From positions 238,850 to 302,849 of the forward strand of contig OZ246418.1 of NCBI GenBank assembly GCA_965231155.1: DNA of 64,000 bases, written 5' to 3'. This document shows positions 20,401 to 29,358 of the stretch, one piece after another (the stretch's first letter is position 1; each line of letters opens with the position of its first letter). A program made the position numbers and the translations under genes. This stretch comes from an uncultured Candidatus Saccharibacteria bacterium (lineage in GTDB: Bacteria; Patescibacteriota; Minisyncoccia; UBA6257; 2-01-FULL-56-20). Below the pieces are notes generated by a model that saw nothing but the letters and a program-made list of their open reading frames with translations, was not told the origin of the DNA and searched no databases.

Positions 20401-20433
20401 AAAAAACCGCACACCTCGAAAGTGAGGGGGCGG
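20401..20433 (-). terminator. Intrinsic terminator
   Basis: Stem plus U-tract directly after the 20434 stop codon. Confidence 0.75.
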
Positions 20434-20676
20434 TTAACAAATAAACTTATTTAAAGGCTGAACAGTGGCAAGATCGACTTCTGCCTCCCTTGAATCGGTT
20501 TCCGGACAAGCAGCCCTAATGAGCTTGGTAACCGTGAAGCTGAAATTGATGTCTGCACCGCAGCCACTACAGGTACCAATACCAATCATCTCTCCGCTAG
20601 AAGACAGAAACAACTGAATCCGAGAGACCTCTCCACACCCCTCATGAGTAAATGATACTGGGTAAAACGTGACCAT
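20434..20676 (-). CDS. Small putative Zn-ribbon protein
   Basis: HEGC...CSGC; SD GGAGGAG. Confidence 0.6.
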   Translation of the reverse strand: MVTFYPVSFTHEGCGEVSRIQLFLSSSGEMIGIGTCSGCGADINFSFTVTKLIRAACPETDSREAEVDLATVQPLNKFIC

Positions 20677-20741
20677 ACACTCCTCCCTGTATCGTTAGAC
20701 TACTTACAGTATAAACAGCTTCTTCTTTTTTAACTAACTTA

Positions 20742-20788
20742 AATAGAAACCTCATTAGAAAAGGGGCTTTTGCTTTTCCACAACGGGT
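20742..20788. repeat. Array repeat R1 (degenerate)
   Basis: aatagaaacctc..aggggcttttgcttttccacaacgggt. Confidence 0.75.
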
Positions 20789-20819
20789 TTAAGAAAAAAT
20801 AATCGATCCAACAAAAAGA

Positions 20820-21446
20820 CTAGACCCGCTCCTCGTTCAGTCCCCGAACTTCTTTAGCCAAAACTTTTCCTTCCTGATCAAGTTCGTAGATATGTACTTC
20901 GCCGGTACCGATCTCTAACTCAGCCACCGCCTCGTCACTCACTCCTTCTAAATATTTCATTAGTGACCGCAAACTATTCCCGTGAGCAACAACAAGCGTG
21001 TTTAAATTATTTTTTATCTTAGAAAAAACCTCGGATGTGTAGTATGGCAGCACTCGAGCATACACCATCTCTAAACTTTCTCCGTTGGGAATTGGTTCAT
21101 CCCAGCTCCGACGAATCCTCTGAAAGACTTCATCGCCAACCAGTTCTTTAATCTCCCATTTATTTTTTCCCGTATAATCGCCATAATCTCGCTCGTTCAG
21201 CGCATGGTGCGATTCTACAGGAATATCCTTATCATCTCGCACAGAGAAAATACCTTGTAGTGTTTCCTTGGCTCGTTGCAACTCGGAAACGTATGCGTGG
21301 TGGATGGGAATATCTTGCAAAACATTCCCGGCTCGTTTTGCTTCTTCGATGCCCTCTTCTGTTAACGCAACATCAGTTTGTCCAGTCCACAAACCAAGCT
21401 TGTTCCATTTTGATTTTCCGTGTCGAACTAAAATAAGGTAAGCCAT
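20820..21446 (-). CDS. gpmA: 2,3-BPG-dependent phosphoglycerate mutase
   Basis: LVRHG, LNERDYG, AHGNSLR. Confidence 0.95.
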   Translation of the reverse strand: MAYLILVRHGKSKWNKLGLWTGQTDVALTEEGIEEAKRAGNVLQDIPIHHAYVSELQRAKETLQGIFSVRDDKDIPVESHHALNERDYGDYTGKNKWEIKELVGDEVFQRIRRSWDEPIPNGESLEMVYARVLPYYTSEVFSKIKNNLNTLVVAHGNSLRSLMKYLEGVSDEAVAELEIGTGEVHIYELDQEGKVLAKEVRGLNEERV

Positions 21447-21450
21447 AGCG

Positions 21451-22728
21451 TTACAACAAAAACCGCGAGAAGACCCCTTTCTCGCCAAGCGCTTCTTCGA
21501 TACGAAGCAACTCATTATATTTCGCCGTGCGATCACTGCGACTGACTGATCCAGTTTTTATCTGACCAACACCTAAGCCCACTGCCAAATGGGCAATCGT
21601 CGCATCCTCCGTCTCTCCCGAACGATGCGATAATACCGCCCGCCAGCCAGCCTGATGTGCCATCTCCACCGCCGCAATTGTTTCTGTTAATGTGCCAATC
21701 TGATTTACTTTAATCAAAATTGCATTGGCTGATTTTTCTCGAATACCACGCTCTAAAAATTTTGTATTCGTCACAAAAAGATCATCGCCAACAAGCTGAA
21801 TCTTCTTTCCCAATCGTTCAGTCATTTTCTTCCAACCATCCCAATCGTCTTCGGCCAAGCCATCTTCAATCGAAATAATTGGATACTGATCAATGAGCGA
21901 TGTATACCAATCAATCATCTCCTCCGAAGAAAACACTTTGTTTTCTCGATTAAGATGATATGCCCCGTCTTTGTAAAGCTCCGACGAAGCAACGTCGAGC
22001 GCCAGCGCAATATCCTTGCCCAACGTGTATCCTGCAATCTCTACAGCTTCGGCAATGAGATCTAACGCTTCTTGATTTCCTTGTTTCACATGTGGCGCAT
22101 ATCCTCCTTCGTCACCAACGGTCGTTCCATATCCTTTTTTCGTTAATACCTTTTTCAAAGCATGAAATACATTCACCATCGCCTCAAGCGCCTGATGCGA
22201 CTTCCCAAAACCAATCGGCACAATCATAAACTCCTGAATGTCTGTTGATCCTGCCGCATGTTTTCCGCCGTTAATAATATTGCAGAGTGGCATCGGCATA
22301 AGCGGTGGTCGTTTCTCCTCCATCAGATCCTCAATATACTGGAACAGCGCTCGGTTTTGCGATTTCGCAGTGGCGTGCGCATTCGCTAAAGAAACCGCTA
22401 AAATCGCATTCGCCCCTAATCGTTTTTTATTTTCTGTACCATCAGCCTTAATCATAAGGCGATCGATTCCGGCCTGATCTTCAGAATCCTTCCTGACTAA
22501 AAGATTATTAATTTCTTCCTTAATATTTTTGACTGCCTGCAACACACCCTTTCCTCCATACCGCGTTCCCCCATCACGCAACTCATGCGCCTCGTAGGTT
22601 CCCGTTGAGGCACCAGACGGCACCGCCGCCCGACCGATAGTTCCGTTTTCTAAAATAACATCCGCCTCCACCGTTGGATTTCCTCGTGAATCTAAAATCT
22701 CCCGAGCAATAATTTTTTGTATCTTCAT
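21451..22728 (-). CDS. eno: Enolase
   Basis: [30 protein letters not shown]. Confidence 0.98.
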   Translation of the reverse strand: MKIQKIIAREILDSRGNPTVEADVILENGTIGRAAVPSGASTGTYEAHELRDGGTRYGGKGVLQAVKNIKEEINNLLVRKDSEDQAGIDRLMIKADGTENKKRLGANAILAVSLANAHATAKSQNRALFQYIEDLMEEKRPPLMPMPLCNIINGGKHAAGSTDIQEFMIVPIGFGKSHQALEAMVNVFHALKKVLTKKGYGTTVGDEGGYAPHVKQGNQEALDLIAEAVEIAGYTLGKDIALALDVASSELYKDGAYHLNRENKVFSSEEMIDWYTSLIDQYPIISIEDGLAEDDWDGWKKMTERLGKKIQLVGDDLFVTNTKFLERGIREKSANAILIKVNQIGTLTETIAAVEMAHQAGWRAVLSHRSGETEDATIAHLAVGLGVGQIKTGSVSRSDRTAKYNELLRIEEALGEKGVFSRFLL

Positions 22729-22854
22729 ATATAAAAAGAAAAATAAAAAAAGCGTCCGACACGCAATATGGAATTACTATAATGTTCGTTGTCTTAGAAA
22801 TCAACAACGCCCGTAGAATGAGATGGACTTCATCTATCTATCAAGTTATTTCAG

Positions 22855-22917
22855 TCATTTCTGAGTAGGCGAGCAATAAAAAAACTCTCAATAATAGAGG
22901 GTCTTTTAATTTCCCAC
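22855..22917. repeat. Array repeat R2
   Basis: tcatttctgagtaggcgagcaataaaaaaactctc..gagggtctttt. Confidence 0.85.
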
Positions 22918-23925
22918 TCCCTCATTCGGTACCTCGTCTTTGGTTATCCTGAATGTGGATAGGATTGCTTGAAGATCGTAACTGCGTGTGGTCAACACAT
23001 ACATCGAAGCTTTACTCATCATGTATGCCGCCTTATAAGACCCTATCAGTGAATTTTCTTCATACACCGTATTCGGACGATCCCCAATTCCTTCCCTTAC
23101 AATTGATTCGGAGTTATCAAGGATCCCGTAGCGAGAGATATCTATGCCATCGAACTCCCTTACTACTTCCCCATTCTCCGTTACGCCTCGTCCGATACTC
23201 GGTTCCCTGGCTGGATCGTAGACCAGTAATCCAAAGTGAGTAGATCCTTCTAGCTTAAAAATGCCTTGCTTTTTTAGATCCACCACAAAGTTCGAGGGGT
23301 ATTTAAACTCAAATCCAAAATCATTATTTCTATAGGTTTTCCAAGTTGAAGTTTCGGGAGATAAATCAAGAGAGTAGTGCTTCTCCGGTATGCTTTTCAC
23401 TAGGAGATCAAAAACCTTAAGAATATCTGGGCGGATGCTTTGAGTTAATAAGTAATCTGTTCCAGGATCGGTGCCTAGGACCAAATCCCCTACAATCTCA
23501 CACCTTGTCTGCGGATTCTTTTTCCTAAAATATGCGCAGTTATTATTCATCCCTCCTCCATATACTACAATCTGATCTTCGTCATACTCACTCGCTTCTC
23601 TCTTTAGGATGTCTGGAGGGGTAAGAATGACTGCTTGTAATGGACTATCTTTTCCTGCAGTAAGACCACCCTCTATTAACATGAGTGGATGACGAATCTC
23701 TTTTACATTCCAACTACTCGGATACTGAAAAACGAAGTTCGTATACTCACTCTTGAACTTATCGAATGTTTTCCATCCTAATCTTGAACCCTCAATACCA
23801 CCCACCGCTACCGGCTCCTCTCCCCAACTATTCCAGACATTAATCCCAAGAAAGCATGCTACGGGGATGCCAATAACAATTATTAAGACGATGAGAATAC
23901 GCTTGATCGAAATCCCTTTATTCAT
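22906..23925 (-). CDS. Membrane-anchored surface protein with two WKT(Y/F)...F.YP repeats
   Basis: N-terminal TM; duplicated motif common in CPR surface proteins. Confidence 0.75.
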   Translation of the reverse strand: MNKGISIKRILIVLIIVIGIPVACFLGINVWNSWGEEPVAVGGIEGSRLGWKTFDKFKSEYTNFVFQYPSSWNVKEIRHPLMLIEGGLTAGKDSPLQAVILTPPDILKREASEYDEDQIVVYGGGMNNNCAYFRKKNPQTRCEIVGDLVLGTDPGTDYLLTQSIRPDILKVFDLLVKSIPEKHYSLDLSPETSTWKTYRNNDFGFEFKYPSNFVVDLKKQGIFKLEGSTHFGLLVYDPAREPSIGRGVTENGEVVREFDGIDISRYGILDNSESIVREGIGDRPNTVYEENSLIGSYKAAYMMSKASMYVLTTRSYDLQAILSTFRITKDEVPNEGVGN

Positions 23926-23939
23926 GAAGCTAAGTATAC

Positions 23940-23987
23940 CAAAAGACCCTCTATTTATGAGGGTCTTTTGTTTTTCCACAACGGGTA
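23940..23987. repeat. Array repeat R3 (hairpin plus core; loop inverted)
   Basis: caaaagaccctc-tatttat-gagggtcttttg then ttttccacaacgggta. Confidence 0.85.
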
Positions 23988-24068
23988 CCCAGAAAAAATA
24001 AAAGAAACTTCGTTTCTCTTCGCTATCATCAAAATGAGTGGAACTAAAATTTCGCCAGTTCTCACTCT

Positions 24069-24512
24069 TTACTTTGGGGAAGCAGCCCTCTTCCTTAAAT
24101 TATCCAAAGCCACTCCAACTAACGCCAGTATAAATAACTCTGCCGAACTAACGGCAATAAATTTCTCATGTTTATTCTGATAAAATTCTTCCCTGTCCGA
24201 CTGCTCGTCAGAAATACGAGTTCCTAATATTCTATCCATTCTTTCTGCCGCTACTCCTCTGATTCGATCCGAAGTAGTCATAAGAGCTTCACGAGTAGGA
24301 AACAGGCGCTGCATCTTCCCTAAGATTTCTTCCTCTCTATCGCTGGGCACCTGATGACTTTTGAAATCATAGCCTTCTTCTCTAAACATTAACGTGATCG
24401 CTGTCAGTAGACTGTCTCCATCTTCTGCATCCTCTAGCATTGAAACCCAAGAATTCTCATCTAGACGATCCCCTTCTTCTGGACTGCCTACCTCTGAAAT
24501 TTTTTCTTTCAT
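24069..24512 (-). CDS. Acidic hypothetical protein with C-terminal TM
   Basis: ORF with TTGAAT/CATAAT promoter upstream. Confidence 0.6.
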   Translation of the reverse strand: MKEKISEVGSPEEGDRLDENSWVSMLEDAEDGDSLLTAITLMFREEGYDFKSHQVPSDREEEILGKMQRLFPTREALMTTSDRIRGVAAERMDRILGTRISDEQSDREEFYQNKHEKFIAVSSAELFILALVGVALDNLRKRAASPK

Positions 24513-24597
24513 TTTTTTTATTATGCCACACCTCCCATAGAATTCAAGTTGGCGAAAATAGAAATGGTTCACAGAATATTAAAACAGCCCTCAAATT

Positions 24598-24680
24598 GGC
24601 CGTTTCGTTCATTTCTGAGTAGACGCGCAATAAAAGACCATCATTAATAGAGGGTCTTTTACTTTTCCACAACGGGTATT
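24598..24680. repeat. Array repeat R4
   Basis: ggccgtttcgttcatttctgagtag...gagggtcttttacttttccacaacgggtatt. Confidence 0.9.
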
Positions 24681-24694
24681 TGCAAAGTAATTGG

Positions 24695-25108
24695 CTATTT
24701 TGGTACCGTTCTGAACTTTGGAAGCTTGTCGTGGATTTGATAGTAGTCTCCTTTGTTTTTAGTGAAGATGTGAATACCTTTTTTGATCTTTATTTTTCCG
24801 TCAATGAGTCCTGCTAGAATATATATCTTTGAGCTGCCCTGGTAATCCCAAGTAATTGGAGATCCACAGTTATTACAAAAGGTTCTGGCTACCTTTGGAG
24901 ATGATTTATATTTCTTGATAGTTTTACCTGTTACAGAAATTGACTCTCGTGGAGCAGCCAAAAATGCTCCGTGCATACCATAGTTTTTACGACACTGTGT
25001 ACAGTGACAAAACCAGATGTTATCAAAGGGGTTTTTGAGTTTGAAACGAACCTTACCACAAAGACACGATCCGCTCAGCATTTCCTTCTTTTGTCTCATT
25101 GGCTGCAT
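24695..25108 (-). CDS. GFA/CENP-V family protein
   Basis: GSCLCG, CHCTQCRK, FCNNCGS. Confidence 0.9.
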   Translation of the reverse strand: MQPMRQKKEMLSGSCLCGKVRFKLKNPFDNIWFCHCTQCRKNYGMHGAFLAAPRESISVTGKTIKKYKSSPKVARTFCNNCGSPITWDYQGSSKIYILAGLIDGKIKIKKGIHIFTKNKGDYYQIHDKLPKFRTVPK

Positions 25109-25199
25109 ATGAAAATCATAACACAACCCTTTTCCTCAAGAGTTTGCATAGGGTACAGAGGTGAAACTGAAAGAACCGTTTGAGAGGGTGTGTGGAAAT

Positions 25200-26474
25200 C
25201 TATTGATCTAGGATTGGTTTAGAATTTAATACCTCCGGAGGGAACTTTCTCCACTTACCTTTTCTTCCGGAAACCATATGCCTTAAAACCATGTGTTCTG
25301 CCTCATCCGAATGGGTTCGAGAGCTCGTTGGCCTAGCTTCTTTCATAAACTTTTCTATATTTTCTTTTAATGTCTTCTCAGTTTCAGGATTTATTTTATC
25401 CGTGCCATCGAACTTTCGTGTATAACTTTTCATCTCTCTCCATGTTTGTGACATGTATTTATCCCATAGTCTCGTTGTTAGAAATGCTGTGTCATCAGGA
25501 GGACAAGGAGCAAAACTTACAACGCCTCTACTTTTAATTTCCTCGGGTAGGTGATCGTAATGATCATTCAATCTTGAAAAGTCATTTTTCAGATCTTCGC
25601 CACGCACAAATGTCTGATCCTCGCGCATAAAAAGAGGGGCTATATTGATGTGTAGTTTATCACTCGAGGTGAAAATGTTACAAAACGGTAAGTAGTACAA
25701 ATAGGATATATCAATTTTGTGAGTTTGTGGGTGAGCAAATGATTCAAATAAATTAGCAGCTGTTCCCATAGAGAAAAAAAGATCCACTGAAAAAATATAA
25801 GAGAAGTATGGAGCAAACTCACTTATAGGTTTTGAGCCAGAAAGTTTCCATCGCTCCAGTACCTTCATCCGAGCTTCTCTAATTACTCCCAAAGAACCCA
25901 TCGCAGAATCTATGGCACTTTCATCAGCCATTTCTTTAGCAATATAATCAACATGGCCTTTTAATTCTTGAAATGATCTTGGTCTACCAATTACCGTGAA
26001 TATTTTTTCAAAGCCCGAATAATCCTCTATTTTTGAGGCAGCGATTTCTTTCCTCCAATTTTTTGCAATATTTCTTTCTATATCTAAAAATTGCCTATTT
26101 CCCCATCTTTTTGAAGCCTCCATCTCTGGAGAATCCTGAAATATTACTCCGGTCTTGCCCTCAAGCTCTACGGTCTTCCCGCCAGAAATAATAGGCCTTC
26201 CGGACATCTCTACTTTTTCATATCCCAAAAGCTCACCAGCAATCAAAGATTGGTGATGGACCGCAACGCAACTCATGTCTGGTGTTTTGCGAGCGATACT
26301 TCCAACTACATCTTCGGGTAGCCTCCCTTTACGAACTTCTTTTTCTAAGTCGGCTAGAGTTTCTACAAAAAATAGAGGAGTTATGTTGTTTAGATAGAAA
26401 TTTTCTAACCACATAGACTCATCATCACTCAGCCCCTGTAAGGCAGATTTATCAAATATAAGAGACGGACCCAT
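25200..26474 (-). CDS. Hypothetical protein, possible PIN-like nuclease
   Basis: LIFDKS..E and later D..YL...FTSSD pattern; AT-rich. Confidence 0.65.
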   Translation of the reverse strand: MGPSLIFDKSALQGLSDDESMWLENFYLNNITPLFFVETLADLEKEVRKGRLPEDVVGSIARKTPDMSCVAVHHQSLIAGELLGYEKVEMSGRPIISGGKTVELEGKTGVIFQDSPEMEASKRWGNRQFLDIERNIAKNWRKEIAASKIEDYSGFEKIFTVIGRPRSFQELKGHVDYIAKEMADESAIDSAMGSLGVIREARMKVLERWKLSGSKPISEFAPYFSYIFSVDLFFSMGTAANLFESFAHPQTHKIDISYLYYLPFCNIFTSSDKLHINIAPLFMREDQTFVRGEDLKNDFSRLNDHYDHLPEEIKSRGVVSFAPCPPDDTAFLTTRLWDKYMSQTWREMKSYTRKFDGTDKINPETEKTLKENIEKFMKEARPTSSRTHSDEAEHMVLRHMVSGRKGKWRKFPPEVLNSKPILDQ

Positions 26475-26482
26475 CTTTTCTG

Positions 26483-26821
26483 TTATGTATTTCTCTTAGG
26501 ATCAACAACAATAATTCTTCCTTTTGGATCAATTCTTGCCACAAGTTTGGTTCCAATGTGATCGTTTATATAATCAGCTCTGACCAAAACAGCCCAGCTA
26601 CTTCCTGTCATAGCAAGAGCATACTGAAGCATTTCCGCTCCGTCTTCCACGCTCACAGACTCTTCTTGTTTTTCCGGCCGCTTCTGAGGTTCTAGGCCAA
26701 AAGAAATTACGGTTTTATTGGGCTGGCCATTCTGGGGGATTGAGCTGGTTATTTGACCACCCCAACCCATCACGGCAAGAACAGAAAGGAAAGAGGCTAA
26801 TTTGGCTTTAACATTTTTCAT
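26483..26821 (-). CDS. Secreted hypothetical protein
   Basis: Signal/TM N-terminus. Confidence 0.6.
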   Translation of the reverse strand: MKNVKAKLASFLSVLAVMGWGGQITSSIPQNGQPNKTVISFGLEPQKRPEKQEESVSVEDGAEMLQYALAMTGSSWAVLVRADYINDHIGTKLVARIDPKGRIIVVDPKRNT

Positions 26822-26926
26822 GACGACTTGATTCTATACCCTGCTCCCAGAATCACAAATCGTCTGACTGGATAAACTGTTTATTCGTTCGGGGAATAAA
26901 AAAGCCGCACTCTGAGAGAACGGCTA

Positions 26927-27265
26927 TTACTTGCTGGCCATGTAGAGAGGGACGCTATCGGCCAAATCTTGAGCGCTAATGCCCAGCTCCTCTGCAAGCT
27001 TCACGGCATTGATGAACATCTTTACCGTAGCTTCTTTGAGGATGGCGTTGTCCATGTGCTCGCTGCCAGCATGATCCCAGCGCTCACATTCGGCTGCCAG
27101 TTTTCCTATGGATTTGCACATATGGAAAACGCTATGACCGACGACGAATACCTTCTTCTGGCTAGGAGAGGCTACCCCTAGCGTTGGGTAGTGCTCCGGC
27201 GTGAAGGTATACCGTGCACCGATATATTCCATGATCTTAGTTAGATCAGTTGATTGAGACATCAT
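26927..27265 (-). CDS. Hypothetical protein, weak MazG-like helical pattern
   Basis: SD, promoter inside R5, terminator after stop. Confidence 0.6.
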   Translation of the reverse strand: MMSQSTDLTKIMEYIGARYTFTPEHYPTLGVASPSQKKVFVVGHSVFHMCKSIGKLAAECERWDHAGSEHMDNAILKEATVKMFINAVKLAEELGISAQDLADSVPLYMASK

Positions 27266-27274
27266 TACCCCTTT

Positions 27275-27410
27275 CGCTGTCATCCTTATACATCAACCAG
27301 AAGCTTGGTTCAACTCCGGTCATCTCTCAGACCATTTCGTTCATTTCTGATTAGGCACGGAATAAAAAACCCTCATAAATAGAGGGTCTTTCATTTTTCC
27401 ACAACTGATA
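27275..27410. repeat. Array repeat R5 (long form, includes promoter)
   Basis: About 135 bp aligning with 28878-29013. Confidence 0.9.
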
Positions 27411-27415
27411 CTTAG

Positions 27416-27437
27416 GTGGAGATGGACGGACGGTAGT
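27416..27437 (-). repeat. tmRNA 3'-end fragment (att-like), copy A
   Basis: gtggagatggacggacggtagt vs tmRNA gtggagatgggcgga. Confidence 0.8.
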
Positions 27438-27454
27438 GGAAATAGATTCTGTTC

Positions 27455-28273
27455 CTATTCCTTAGGAAGCAGAAACTTGGTTTTGTCCGGTGACAGCAAT
27501 TCTAGCGAAGGGACAACAAATAGCTTGTCTTGCATCTTTGAGTAGTCGTAACTGGTGTTTGTAATCTCATCAATATCAAACGGCCTCCTCAAAACTTCAG
27601 AAGAGAAGGCGTGCTCTATTTCTCCCAATGATGACAGAAGTCCCGCTCCAAATGCTTTTATTCCTTCTTGCTCCTGAACTAAACCGAATTCAACCACAAA
27701 CCAATAGAGACGTTCGAGTTTTGTTATCTCCTCATCATTAGCTGTCCAGGCCAATTTCCCCAGACGTTCAGAAAAATCGGAAAACTCTTTATTCATAAAC
27801 ATTGGAACATGTCCGATTAGTTCGTGAATAATATCTGGCTCGGGAGTGTACTCGGGTTGTGAGCCGTGCCTAATGTACTGAGTACAAAGCATGGTTCGCT
27901 CTCCAAGATAGCTCAAAAAACTTCTGGCATCCACCAGACCTTCTACAGGAGCTAGTCGAAAATTTGCTTTTCGCTCTAACTCTTCCGAGATGTCTTTGAG
28001 CTGAGGAATTCTATCAGGTGATATACCAAGTTCTTTTTTCGCTTCTAAATACACTGATGACGCGTGAACTCTGTGTAGTTTCTCCAGCTTACTAACAACA
28101 AACTCCCAAACCTCGTTTTCTTCTTTGGTGTAAGAAACTGCTGGAATAGTTTTTGCCTTGGCATGTTGCTTGGATAACAAAGCAATCTCATTTCTCCGAG
28201 CTCGGTATTGTTTGTCATTTACCCCAGGATGATCCAGTGGAAGGATAGCTATGTTTTTGTGTTGTATATTCAT
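27455..28273 (-). CDS. phhA: Phenylalanine 4-monooxygenase (aromatic amino acid hydroxylase)
   Basis: DHPG, CTQYIRH, YTPEPDIIHELIGHVP, LYWFVVEFG, GAGLLSS.GE. Confidence 0.93.
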   Translation of the reverse strand: MNIQHKNIAILPLDHPGVNDKQYRARRNEIALLSKQHAKAKTIPAVSYTKEENEVWEFVVSKLEKLHRVHASSVYLEAKKELGISPDRIPQLKDISEELERKANFRLAPVEGLVDARSFLSYLGERTMLCTQYIRHGSQPEYTPEPDIIHELIGHVPMFMNKEFSDFSERLGKLAWTANDEEITKLERLYWFVVEFGLVQEQEGIKAFGAGLLSSLGEIEHAFSSEVLRRPFDIDEITNTSYDYSKMQDKLFVVPSLELLSPDKTKFLLPKE

Positions 28274-28287
28274 AAATAAAAATTAGT

Positions 28288-28319
28288 AAAAAAACCGCCC
28301 CTGGATTAAAGAGGCGGTT
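28288..28319 (-). terminator. Attenuator terminator upstream of phhA
   Basis: ACCGCCTC...GGGGCGGT followed by U-tract just before the phhA ATG. Confidence 0.8.
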
Positions 28320-28343
28320 GTATATTCGTAAGAAAGTGTTCGT

Positions 28344-28412
28344 TTAACAATACGAAGGAACCCCGCCGTAGGTGGTGTAGTAATAAGAAAAAATGAACAA
28401 TCTCATTGTCAT
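28344..28412 (-). CDS. Tyr-rich leader peptide MTMRLFIFSYYYTTYGGVPSYC
   Basis: Translated by hand; 5 Tyr including YYY; TTGCTT-N17-TAGGAT ends 7 nt upstream of ATG. Confidence 0.75.
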   Translation of the reverse strand: MTMRLFIFSYYYTTYGGVPSYC

Positions 28413-28476
28413 TAGTTTTATCCTACATAATATAAAACACACAAGCAAGTCTTTGCTAGTCTATCGACTAACAGAG

Positions 28477-28499
28477 TGTGGAGATGGGCGGACGGTAGT
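28477..28499 (-). repeat. tmRNA 3'-end fragment (att-like), copy B
   Basis: 16-bp exact match (28477-28492) to 29858-29873. Confidence 0.85.
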
Positions 28500-28532
28500 A
28501 GGAATAAAAAAACCGCGCCTAGAAAGGGACGG

Positions 28533-28865
28533 CTATTTCTCTTCTACATCCTCCGGGAAAGGGAGACGTTGGCCATGAAGCCTCGCCAAATCGTTGAATG
28601 CTTTTCGATCCGCAGCGGTCATCGGACTGTTGAGTCTGTAGATCGGAGCAATCTGGTTGATTTGGTCTTCCGTCATGCCCGTGGTGTCCACCTGAGGCAG
28701 TGGCCGAACTGGTGGCTCCATCCCAGTTACCACATCAAGCCCACGACCACAAACACAAGTGAATCGACCATGATCATCTTCTGGGAACATCTCTGCTCCG
28801 CAACCAGGACACCTTGGGTTTCCATTCTGTCTGACATATCTATCAGTTTCATCCCAATACGACAT
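28533..28865 (-). CDS. Small Zn-ribbon hypothetical protein
   Basis: CPGC..CVCG; SD GGAGG; promoter inside R6. Confidence 0.7.
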   Translation of the reverse strand: MSYWDETDRYVRQNGNPRCPGCGAEMFPEDDHGRFTCVCGRGLDVVTGMEPPVRPLPQVDTTGMTEDQINQIAPIYRLNSPMTAADRKAFNDLARLHGQRLPFPEDVEEK

Positions 28866-28877
28866 GACAACCTCCCT

Positions 28878-29016
28878 CGCTGTCATCCTTATACACCAAC
28901 TAGAAACTCGGTTCAACTCCGGTCATCTCTCAGGCCGTTTCCTTCATTTCTGGGTAGGCGCGCAATAAAAAACCCTCACTAACAGAGGGTCTTTTACTTT
29001 TCCACAACGGGTATTT
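28878..29016. repeat. Array repeat R6 (long form)
   Basis: Aligns with R5 and R4. Confidence 0.9.
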
Positions 29017-29022
29017 GGGTGA

Positions 29023-29265
29023 TTAATGCTCCTCTCGCCACTTTCGGCGTAAATCCATTAGGGATAATTCCTGGCTATCTATTTCTTTTTGCTGAATAAA
29101 CACTGGGGACCAATCATCATGACTAATACGATTTCCCTCTCCATCATAGGTAGTACTCCCCATTCTTTTTGTTTCTAAGCCCATAGCCCCAAAGCCCTTA
29201 GCATTACTGTTCATAAAAAAAACTTCTCCTTGCTGAGTTTCAGGATGCACAAATTCTTTTTCCAT
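29023..29265 (-). CDS. Hypothetical protein
   Basis: ORF ending just before R6. Confidence 0.6.
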   Translation of the reverse strand: MEKEFVHPETQQGEVFFMNSNAKGFGAMGLETKRMGSTTYDGEGNRISHDDWSPVFIQQKEIDSQELSLMDLRRKWREEH

Positions 29266-29358
29266 TCTTGTATTATATCATCGGTTCGACCTCTGGATAT
29301 CTCTTAAATAAAAAGGCCCCTAGTAAAATACTAGAGGCCCTACCTAATCCCAGCCAGT

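Noticed and set aside
11096-20676. Prophage
   Set aside because: No integrase, terminase, capsid, tail or replication genes.
22801-22833. uORF MKSISFYGRC as an eno leader peptide
   Set aside because: No amino-acid run, and a good sigma70 promoter (TTGATT-N17-TATAGT) begins at its stop codon, so it is probably not on the eno mRNA. The downstream hairpin is only 4 bp.
20742-29016. R1-R6 as a CRISPR array or classical integron attC sites
   Set aside because: The spacers are whole genes, there is no cas or intI gene in the window, and I see no RYYYAAC...GTTRRRY box arrangement.
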